Shown here: positions 56,239 to 64,000 of the stretch, one piece after another
Layout: each line of letters begins with the position of its first letter
Numbering within the stretch: the stretch's first letter is position 1
Virus record (IMG/VR): IMGVR_UViG_3300025593_000028
Location: 31,289-95,288 of that record
DNA length: 64,000 nt
Source of the DNA: a virus
Direction: 5' to 3' (one strand)
The notes under the pieces: generated by a model
The model's input: the letters and a program-made list of their open reading frames with translations, nothing else
Told to the model about the DNA's origin: nothing
Databases searched by the model: none
Position numbers and translations under genes: made by a program

Positions 56239-56413
56239 GTTTCCTCTCCTTTCGTCGATTTGGTCGGTCGAGTAGCGCGCCGTCCCGCGTCCTCGACCGC
56301 TTGCGCACGCCTGGCGGTCGGCCCCTCTCCAAGCCGTCCACCACGCCTCTCGCGTGACGGTGCGCCCGCCGCATCCCCGACGGGTGGGTGGTGGCCCGTA
56401 TGATCGCGAGCCA

Positions 56414-56487
56414 AGCCCAAGCCGGGAGTCGAACCCGGAACCTTCTCCTTACAAGGGAGCTGCTCTAGCCAGTTGAGCTACTCGGGC
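56414..56487 (-). tRNA. tRNA-Thr(TGT)
   Basis: Cloverleaf, loop CTTGTAA. Confidence 0.88.
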
Positions 56488-57353
56488 AGCGAGATCCTAC
56501 TAGATCGAAGCGGCGACTTCCTTCGGCGTCAGCGCGCCGAACTCGCGCGCGACCTTGAAGATCCTCGCGATCCAGCCGGACTCGACCGGAGCGGTGACGA
56601 CCACGTCGCCCTCCTCCGCGGCACCGACCTCGATCATCCGCTTGACGATCATCTCCCCGCTGTCGCAGTAGGCGGAGAAGGTGTGCTCGTCGAGGGGGAC
56701 CCACTGCAGCCCGTGCGCCAGCCCCCGCGAGTGCTTGTAGACGACGTACTTCGGTGAGTTGCCGATCATCGCGGCTCCACCCCCGCGGTGCCCGGCTGGA
56801 CCTCGCCGTCGACGACGGTGAATAGCTCGACAGCGTCTCCGCTGAACCCGCCCGGACCGACCACGGCCAGCACGCAGGACAGCCACTCCGGCGCATGGTC
56901 CCAGTTCGCGACGAAGTGCTCAGCGGCCTCGCGCGCCGAGTCGGCCGCGACCGGGTTGCGCGAGAACGGGAACCTCCCTCGTTTCTCGATGATGTCTGTG
57001 GTCCCCTGGTCGAAGACCCTGTACTCCTTCATGCTGCTCCTTTCTGCTTACGTATCCGTATCAGCTTGCCGTGCTTGAACTTCAGCGGGTTCGAGATCGC
57101 CGAGGACCTCTCGACGAAGACGAACCCGCGCTTCACGCTTATCTCGATCCCGAACATCGGGCTATCAGGCTCTCTTGGGCGCTGATGGTGAGCCGGTCGG
57201 CAGGCACGCGCGGGTCCGCGGTGTCGTCGTCGAACAGCACTCTGCAGTACCTGCGGCCGTCCCACGACTGGACCCTCTCGACCCGCTCCACCACGCCGTG
57301 CTTGAGCGGCCCGCGCGGGTATTCGTACCAGACTTCGTCGCCTGCGCGCACCA

Positions 57354-57920
57354 CTACGACGCTCTCCTGGGCCACTTGCGGATCCTGGTCAGCACGGCGC
57401 GCGGGTGCCAGCGCATGATGCGACCGTACTTCTCGCCGAGGCGGCGCTTGGCGGCGACGACGCTGCCGTGCGCGTTGCGCCAGTCGTCGCGCTCCCTCTG
57501 CGTCGCGTGCAGCTCGTCGGCGAGGTCCGAGATCGCGTCGAGCGCTGCGTCCACCGGGCTGGACTCTTCCCCGGGCAGCCCGCCGCGCCGTTGCTGGCCC
57601 GGCTCCCAGCCGACCTGGTCCGCGAGGTAGGCGACCTCCTCTGAGTCCTTCGTCGGCTCGCGCTCGAGCAGCGCGACCCGGCGCTCGAGGTTGTCGCGCT
57701 GCTCGCGCAGCGAGTCGCGCTCGTGCTTCACGAAGCCGTAGGCCACCTCTGCTACCGCGGCCATGTCGGAGACTGGCTCGCCGTGGACGTGTTCGAAGCG
57801 CGACAGCTCGCGCCGCGCCGCGTCGAGCTCTGCCCGGTCCTCCTCGCGGCTCGAGACCACCGCGTCGAAGGCGCCGGCCGAGACCCATTCCTGGCCCTCC
57901 CCGTCGATGAAGACCGCCAT
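57354..57920 (-). CDS. Coiled-coil protein
   Basis: GGAGG SD; heptad-rich. Confidence 0.55.
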   Translation of the reverse strand: MAVFIDGEGQEWVSAGAFDAVVSSREEDRAELDAARRELSRFEHVHGEPVSDMAAVAEVAYGFVKHERDSLREQRDNLERRVALLEREPTKDSEEVAYLADQVGWEPGQQRRGGLPGEESSPVDAALDAISDLADELHATQRERDDWRNAHGSVVAAKRRLGEKYGRIMRWHPRAVLTRIRKWPRRAS

Positions 57921-57943
57921 CTAGATCAACCTCCTGTCTAGTG

Positions 57944-58201
57944 TCATGACGGACCGTACTTCTTCGAGACGGTCACCGGCGCGCGGCGCGCGGCGCTGTA
58001 CCCGAAGATCTGGATCGGGAAGCCGCTCTTGCCGCGCATGAACGACTGCACGAGGTAGTCGCCCTCGTGCTCGATGAAGCCCGCCGCCTCCTCGAAGCCT
58101 TCGTGCCGCCTCATCTCGTCCTCGTAGACCCAGCGGTAGAACTCGTACCCGCCGTTTTCCACGTACTTGAAGATCCCGTACGCGATCTTTCGGTCGCCCA
58201 T
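57944..58201 (-). CDS. Hypothetical protein
   Basis: GGAGG SD. Confidence 0.55.
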   Translation of the reverse strand: MGDRKIAYGIFKYVENGGYEFYRWVYEDEMRRHEGFEEAAGFIEHEGDYLVQSFMRGKSGFPIQIFGYSAARRAPVTVSKKYGPS

Positions 58202-58211
58202 CTCGTCCCTC

Positions 58212-58592
58212 CTATAGGTAGAGCTCTTCGAGCTCGTCCGCGATCCTGTCGAAGCTCCACTCGTGGTCGTCGTTCGCGGCCGTCGCGGGTACTTCTACCT
58301 TGCCCATCTTCGCGACCGTCGGGTTCATGTGGTCGAAGCCGAACCAGTCCGCGACGTCCGTGGGCAGGAGATCCACGGCGTCTGAGTTCCTGGTCACGAA
58401 CACCTGGTCTTCGGTGGTCCAGTCCCCGTCGGAGGTCTCCTCTCGGTACACCTCGCAGGCGACGCCGAGGCAGCACCGCCCGTCTGGGTCGATGCCCGAC
58501 CTCAAGGCGTAGGGGGCCTGGGTGAAGCGGCCCGACCTGAGCGCGTCCACCCACTTGCGTACGCGCTCGCGCTGCTGCTCGTCCGAGATCAT
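58212..58592 (-). CDS. Conserved phage protein (WV.ALRSG...Q...CCLGVAC...ND family)
   Basis: Motif recognition. Confidence 0.65.
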   Translation of the reverse strand: MISDEQQRERVRKWVDALRSGRFTQAPYALRSGIDPDGRCCLGVACEVYREETSDGDWTTEDQVFVTRNSDAVDLLPTDVADWFGFDHMNPTVAKMGKVEVPATAANDDHEWSFDRIADELEELYL

Positions 58593-59155
58593 CGCGCCAC
58601 CAACCCCTCCAGGTAGCCGAGCGCGCTGCTCGCGTCCTCCTTGAGGAGCGCGTGCTCGTCCCCGGGCCACGCGAGGACCTCGTGCGCGAGCTCCTCGGCG
58701 TCGCGCAGGGCCTGCTGGGTCGTCTTCCCCTCGACCAGCGCCTCGAGCCTGGCCTCCGCCCGGCCGATCGCGCACTTCGCGGCGAGGGCCCTGGCGGCGA
58801 AGAGCCGGACCTCAGGCGCAGCGGGCGGCTCCTGCCGGACGAGCCTGGAGCACGGCACCTCGTGCTCGCCGCCGTGCTCGTCGACGATCACCGCGGTCCG
58901 CACGTCGTACACCTCTCGCACGGTCGCGCGGAACCCCATCTGGCTGCCCATCCGGACCTCGTCGCCCTCGCGGACGGCCGGCACCACGAGCTCGTACCCG
59001 TCTGGATCGCCGTGCAGCTCCTTGCCGGCGTGCCGACCCGAGTGCCACCTGATCCAGACGTTGCGCGCCGCGTACTCCGGCGTGTCCCGGTCGATCACGG
59101 TGCCCACGCAGCTGGGCTCTACCTTTTTGCGCACTTCGTCGCCCTCGTGGAGCAT
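58589..59155 (-). CDS. Hypothetical protein with two SH3/KOW-like EGDEV repeats
   Basis: LHEGDEVR and VREGDEVR. Confidence 0.55.
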   Translation of the reverse strand: MLHEGDEVRKKVEPSCVGTVIDRDTPEYAARNVWIRWHSGRHAGKELHGDPDGYELVVPAVREGDEVRMGSQMGFRATVREVYDVRTAVIVDEHGGEHEVPCSRLVRQEPPAAPEVRLFAARALAAKCAIGRAEARLEALVEGKTTQQALRDAEELAHEVLAWPGDEHALLKEDASSALGYLEGLVAR

Positions 59156-59478
59156 CAGACCAGCGCCCCGATCTCGACGTGCGTGTCCTGCACCGGCGTG
59201 ACCTCGACGGCCACGAGCCGGCCGCTGCCGTCGTCGTAGAGGATCTGCGCGACGTAGTGGCCCTCGCCGAGGTCGTGGCACATGTCCTCGATCAGCGCGG
59301 CGAGGTTCGCCTGGTAGTTCGACGGGTGGATCAGCGAGGGGGCGTCGCCGATGAACGCGCGCAGCGGCCTCGCGACCCCGCCGGCCTCCTCCCTCGGGTT
59401 CTTGTAGATCAGGATCCGCATCTGCTCTTCGCCGAGCAGCGGCACGCAGACCCCCACGTAGTACGGGTGCATCGTCAT
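59155..59478 (-). CDS. Hypothetical protein, paralog of 61362-61670
   Basis: EGHYVAQILYDDGSG vs EGQYVAYVLYSDGSG. Confidence 0.6.
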   Translation of the reverse strand: MTMHPYYVGVCVPLLGEEQMRILIYKNPREEAGGVARPLRAFIGDAPSLIHPSNYQANLAALIEDMCHDLGEGHYVAQILYDDGSGRLVAVEVTPVQDTHVEIGALV

Positions 59479-60130
59479 CCCCCTTCCGCGGCGCGGACCC
59501 GAGCCTGCAGTTCCGCGCCGTCGATCTCTTCGGACTCTTCCTCCTTGACGACCAGGGCTTCGATCTGCCCCAGCGCCTCGGTCTCGGCGTCGATCTTTTC
59601 GGCGTGCGGCGACCGAGTCCCTTCCGGGAGCATAACCCCGTCGTCGCGTGTCGCGCTCCACAGCCAGCCCTGGTCCCCGGAGTCGAGCTTCACCTTCCAC
59701 TTCTTGAGTTCTTCTTCGGTCACGCGGGCACCCCCTCGCTCGCGAGGGCGAGCACGCGGACCGCGGCCTCGGGCACGCCCGCGACCTCCTCGGTCTCACC
59801 GCCCTGTTCGAAGTGCTCGACGGAGTCGTACCGGCCGATCCAGATGCCCGGCTCGTCGAGCTCGGAGAGGCCGGAGTCCTCCATCGCGTCCGAGACGAGC
59901 ACGTGCGGCCCGTCGAGCCGGTCCGCGCTGAGCCAGACGTACAGGTAGTCGTGCGGGCTGCCGGAGACGTTCGAGGGCGCCGCCTCGACGCTCAGTCCCG
60001 CGTCCTCGAGCATCGAGTAGAGCTCCTCGATGCGGTCGTTCACGGAGCACTCCTCGCGCTCTTGCTCGGTCTTGCACTGGTAGCACATAGGTACTGTCTC
60101 TCCCTTCGTCGTAGGGTCGGAGCCTGGGCA

Positions 60131-60176
60131 TACCATATCAGGTCGCGCCCAGGGCCGTATTAAGGTTACGTTAAGG
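60131..60176 (-). promoter_or_regulatory. Conserved 46-bp promoter/operator, copy 3
   Basis: Minus strand: CCTTAAC-GTAA-CCTTAATACG-N14-CCTGATATGGTA. Confidence 0.7.
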
Positions 60177-61023
60177 CCGTTCGGGTACGGTGTAGTTTTT
60201 ATCACAGGCGGGGCAGCCCGGGCAGCGCCCCACCGTCTCGGTGCCGTCGGGGTGGAAGGTGATGTACAGCCACCCGCTCCCGCCGCAGGTGGCGACACGA
60301 TCGCGCAGGTCGATCGAGTGCACCCGTAGATGGCGCAGCAGTTTAGGCATAGCCGATCACTTCTCCCATGTTGAACGACTCCCTCGGACCACACGGCTCT
60401 CCGCTCGGAAACAGCCGCTCGCACCCGGTCCACTGCTCACCATCGTCTCCGCCCTGCCACATCCACCCAGCAGGCTCCAGCGCGTACAGCAACCTACCGT
60501 CCTCTAGTCTTACTCTCATCATTTTGGCTCCTTCCCGCTCCCGCCGCAGCGGGGGCACGTTTCAGACGTGGACACGATGAACCCGTTCGGGTTCTGGCTC
60601 GCGATCAGCTGGTCCGCGTCCACGCACCCGACGCCCCCGCATTCCGTGCACGGCTCAGATCCGGGCATCGTACTCGAGCAACCTCTCAGCGGACGTGGTG
60701 CTCACGGCGATCTCGGCTCCCATCGGGCGGAACCCGCGGCACGAGCACTCCTTGTACGCGCACTCCCCGTAGTGCTCGTCTTCTTCGTAGTGATCGTGCA
60801 TCTTCTGCTGGTGGCCGCACCAGCACATGCGCTTGCCGCACAGCCGCGGGTCGTCCCAGTCGACTCGGTCAGGCGGCATAGTCGCCCTCGCAGAAGTAGA
60901 CCGGGTTGCGCCAGCACACCTCGTTCTCCTTGATGGCGACCAGCGGCCTCTTAGCGACGCGGCCCTGCGACAGGCAGACGCACCACGCGCCCGGGATGCT
61001 GGATCGGGTGACCAGCAGGCCGA

Positions 61024-61365
61024 TCACGCCAGCTCCCACCTGCCGACGTACTTCTCTTTCCTGTAATGCCCGGCGGTGAACTCGCCCGCGTTGAGCACCA
61101 CCTGCAGGGCGGTCTCCATCTCCGCGTGGAGCTCACGGAGCCGCTTCGCGTCCTCTGCGCGGACGACCTCGCCGTCCTCGGTCTCGACGGTCTCCACCCC
61201 GAGCACCTCTGCCATGTCGAGGACGACGTCCGAGTTCCCGTACGGACGCTTGGGGTCGATCTCGGGCGCGCCGAACTCGCACGGATCCCACGATACCCAG
61301 GCGGCCTTGAATAGCTCGAGGTGCTCCTCGGTGAGGTCGAACTCTTCGTACCCGAAGTCGCTCAC
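61024..61365 (-). CDS. Conserved phage hypothetical protein
   Basis: GAPEIDPKRPYGNSDV motif. Confidence 0.65.
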   Translation of the reverse strand: MSDFGYEEFDLTEEHLELFKAAWVSWDPCEFGAPEIDPKRPYGNSDVVLDMAEVLGVETVETEDGEVVRAEDAKRLRELHAEMETALQVVLNAGEFTAGHYRKEKYVGRWELA

Positions 61366-61670
61366 AGGAAGCGCACCTCATTCCTGGGCTCGGCCGGGGG
61401 CACCGTCGTGACGTCGAACATGTACGCGCTGCCCGAGCCGTCGCTGTAGAGCACGTAGGCGACGTACTGGCCTTCGTCGAGGTACTTCGCGATGTCGCCC
61501 AGCCTCGCGGTGCCCGTCATGCTCCCTTCCACCGCTCCAGGCCCGGCGTACGTCGCCACGTGGAACCTCGGCTTCTCGCGCAGGAAGACGTTGACCAGCA
61601 CTTCTCGCTTGCCGATCACCTCCAGCGGCACGTTCCTCGGGACGTACTCGATGTTGCTGCACTTGCCCAT
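61362..61670 (-). CDS. Hypothetical protein, paralog of 59155-59478
   Basis: Shared YVA..LY.DGSG motif. Confidence 0.6.
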   Translation of the reverse strand: MGKCSNIEYVPRNVPLEVIGKREVLVNVFLREKPRFHVATYAGPGAVEGSMTGTARLGDIAKYLDEGQYVAYVLYSDGSGSAYMFDVTTVPPAEPRNEVRFL

Positions 61671-61700
61671 CTATCCGATCCTCTCGTAGTTTGCTCCGAG

Positions 61701-61773
61701 CGCCCCGGCCGGGATTCGAACCCGGGACCTACCGCTTAGGAGGCGGTCGCTCTGTCCGCTGAGCTACCGGGGC
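61701..61773 (-). tRNA. tRNA-Arg(CCT)
   Basis: ACCGC-CTCCTAA-GCGGT; canonical T-arm. Confidence 0.92.
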
Positions 61774-61779
61774 GGCGTT

Positions 61780-62175
61780 CTAGCGCTGCTGGGTGCGTGC
61801 CTCTTCCAACACCGAGATGAGCGCCTCGACCTGTTCCTCGTTGAGGTCGTCGTCCCAGACGGTGAGCTCGACGCCCCCTCCGTCGGGCACAACCTCGACC
61901 GCGGTGCCGCCGAAGCCGTCCCCGATCTCGTACGTCGTCGGGGGCGGGGGATCGGGTTCCTCCCTGCGCACCTTCACGCAGTCGTGCTCCTCCGCGGGCA
62001 GCAGAACGAGCCCGCTCGCGTTCGTTTCGAGCTCCCGCTGCGGCTCGTCGAAGAAGACCCAGCACCGGCCCCCCGAGGTTCCCTCGTCCTTGTAGCGGAC
62101 GAACGTGCCCTTCTTGTAGTGGCCCGGCTCATCTTCGATCCGCTGGCCCTTCCTGAACTTCAGTGTTGCTGGCAC
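61780..62175 (-). CDS. Hypothetical protein with N-terminal SH3-like FRKGQR module
   Basis: KFRKGQRI...GTFVRY...CWVFFD. Confidence 0.6.
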   Translation of the reverse strand: MPATLKFRKGQRIEDEPGHYKKGTFVRYKDEGTSGGRCWVFFDEPQRELETNASGLVLLPAEEHDCVKVRREEPDPPPPTTYEIGDGFGGTAVEVVPDGGGVELTVWDDDLNEEQVEALISVLEEARTQQR

Positions 62176-62201
62176 TGCGTGCTCCTTCCTGTGTCGTGTT
62201 G

Positions 62202-62638
62202 TCAGAGGCTCCGCGCCCGCTGGATCTCCTCGAGGATCTCCTCCAGGGCGTCGACGTCCGAGTGGGTCAGGTGCATTCGGCCGCTGTTGCCCGGCGATCC
62301 CTCGGGCTTGAACGGGATCTCGCTCGAGTCGAGGAGCGCGACGGCGATGCCGTCGTCCTCTACCTCGATCTCGCACAGCGGGGCCGACCTCCCGGTGGTG
62401 CTCCTGAGCCTGTAGCCCTTCACCGGCATCGGCTCACGCGGGCGCTCAAACGTGGTCTCTACAAGGTCGCTGCCCGCCGGGCCCTCCGGCTTGAGCTTCC
62501 ATTCCGGGCAGTGCAGCGTGTGCCCGCTCGAGTCGTACTTCACCCAGCACTTGTCCCCTCGTACCGGACGAACGTGCCGTATTCTGCGTACGGCCCGTCC
62601 TCGGTGTTGCGGACGCGCTGTCCTTTCCTGAACTGCAT
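62202..62638 (-). pseudogene. Frameshifted paralog of 61780-62175
   Basis: MQFRKGQRV...GTFVRYEG continues as DKCWVKYD only if one G is added to the G4 run (62555-62558). Confidence 0.6.
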
Positions 62639-62658
62639 GTGCCTCTCCTCTCCTCGTT

Positions 62659-63231
62659 TTACTGGTCGAAGTATCCGTCCGGCGCGGGCTCGCCGTAGAC
62701 CCGTTCGTACTTCTCCGGCGAGTCGATCGTGCGCTCCTCGATACCGAGCCCGTCGAGCACCCGGTCCTGCAGGGCGTGGAACCACACGCGCTCCGGCGCC
62801 GTGTCGAGCAGGCCGCGCACCCTCTCGAGCTCGTCGAGGACGTGCTCCTGCACGTCTCCGCCGTCCGGGACGAGCGGCTCCTCGCCGGCCACCGGCTCGA
62901 CGTTGAAGACGGCGTCGTGCAGCCTGCGCTCGATCGTCGCCCTGCGGGTCGGGGACAGCGGGGGGTCCGCCGCGTGGCGGACGGCGCGGCGGCACTCGGA
63001 CTCCGGCAGCTCGCAGTCCACGATCCCCGGTGGCACGACGCGATACCCGGAGGCGGAGAGCCTCGCGTGTACCTTTTTGCGGAGCACCGAGTCGCCGTCG
63101 GTGCTGTAGACCAGCCGCTGCGGCTCGCCGCGGGTGCGTTCGACCGAGGCCCGCTTCTCCTCCGGGGGCTTCTCGGTCGTGCCCACGCGGGTCACGCCGC
63201 TGCCGGCTATGAAGAAGATCTGGGTGCTCAC
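62659..63231 (-). CDS. Possible degenerate GIY-YIG/T5orf172-like protein
   Basis: QIFFI...RVGTT...KKVHARL resembles the YxI-KIG-T pattern without the catalytic residues. Confidence 0.4.
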   Translation of the reverse strand: MSTQIFFIAGSGVTRVGTTEKPPEEKRASVERTRGEPQRLVYSTDGDSVLRKKVHARLSASGYRVVPPGIVDCELPESECRRAVRHAADPPLSPTRRATIERRLHDAVFNVEPVAGEEPLVPDGGDVQEHVLDELERVRGLLDTAPERVWFHALQDRVLDGLGIEERTIDSPEKYERVYGEPAPDGYFDQ

Positions 63232-63563
63232 ACCTCGCACCCGCAGCCCTTCGCGCGCAGGGCGGCGAGTTGGTCGTCCCAGGGCTCGGGCCAGTGCACG
63301 ATCGAGCTCGCCGAGTCCAGAGAGATCGGGCTGTGATGGTTGTACCCGCGGTGTTTCATCTCGTAGGCGAGAGTGTAGTGTCGGTTGAACAGCGCGTTGA
63401 TCCCGTCGTCGGTCATCCAGCGCTTCACCTCTGGATGGTGCTCGTACGGAGACCCGCTGCGCTCTCCGGTGATGATCCGCCAGATGGCGTGTAGCTCGCG
63501 GTGCTCTCCCAGGAGGTGCTGGCGGCAGAGCTTGGACGGCGGTACGGCGTCCCAGATCCTCAC
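63228..63563 (-). CDS. Pyrimidine-dimer DNA glycosylase (DenV/Pyr_excise family)
   Basis: RIW...P..LCRQHLLGEHRELH...HHPE..RW...EM..RGY.H. Confidence 0.8.
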   Translation of the reverse strand: MRIWDAVPPSKLCRQHLLGEHRELHAIWRIITGERSGSPYEHHPEVKRWMTDDGINALFNRHYTLAYEMKHRGYNHHSPISLDSASSIVHWPEPWDDQLAALRAKGCGCEV

Positions 63564-64000
63564 CTGGGCTTCACCCCGCTCCCACCGCACGTCGGGCACG
63601 GCTCCTCCGCATCGCGCCAGCGGCCGAACAGCTCGCCCTCGCCGAGGTCGTGCTCGGCGTCTGCTTCTACCGTCCGCCCGAAAGCGTTGCCCTCCTCTGA
63701 GACGTAGAGCACGATCGCCACCTCTCGCTTCTGCATCGTGGCGAAGTCGCGCGGGCGTTCGATCCGCGCGCCGACCGGGAACTCGCCGGCACTCTTCAGC
63801 TCGCTAGGCACTGAGGCTCGACCTCCTCGTAGGGGTGCCGCGCCTTGAACAGGCGGAAGCCGTCCGCCGCGCACTCGAACGAGACCGCGAAGGTCTCACT
63901 CTCTGGGATGTCCTCGGTGCGGATGAAGTGCCTCACCGCCTCGTAGATCGAGCCGTCCGAGGTCCTGAACCTCGCACCGGGGACGATGAAGAAGTCCAGC

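Overview
The window is a 64-kb segment of a high-GC, siphovirus-type tailed phage genome. An actinobacterial host is inferred from GC content, leaderless promoters, DUF2786/TIGR04338-like genes and a short-arm tRNA-Leu. Plus strand, 1-20.8 kb: head-tail joining genes, major tail protein, tail chaperones, a 2133-aa tape measure with two muralytic domains, Dit/Tal, tail fibre, holin and two endolysins. Portal and MuF-like genes then follow the lysis cassette, which is out of the usual order. Minus strand, 20.8-40.1 kb: DNA metabolism and replication (phosphoesterase, LAGLIDADG-like nuclease, divergent C5-methyltransferase, dNTP pyrophosphatase, SSB, Sak4-like ATPase, short tyrosine recombinase, Cas4-like nuclease, HD hydrolase, SNF2 helicase, RuvC, Pol A, MBD4-like glycosylase, thymidylate-synthase homologue with a dCMP-type active site, dNMP kinase, sigma factor, primase, P-loop helicase). 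Minus strand, 40.1-64 kb: many small early/accessory genes, including RtcB, an Rnl2-like RNA ligase, an exoribonuclease, DenV and several paralog families. Seven tRNA genes are dispersed between 27 and 62 kb. The best candidate for a new system is a cytosine-modification pathway coupled to an MBD4-like repair glycosylase and a non-canonical C5-MTase. Other highlights are a thrice-repeated 46-bp promoter/operator, a recombinase with an IR/DR-bounded site, atypical tRNAs and a rod-like ncRNA candidate. All family assignments come from motif recognition by eye; no searches were run.
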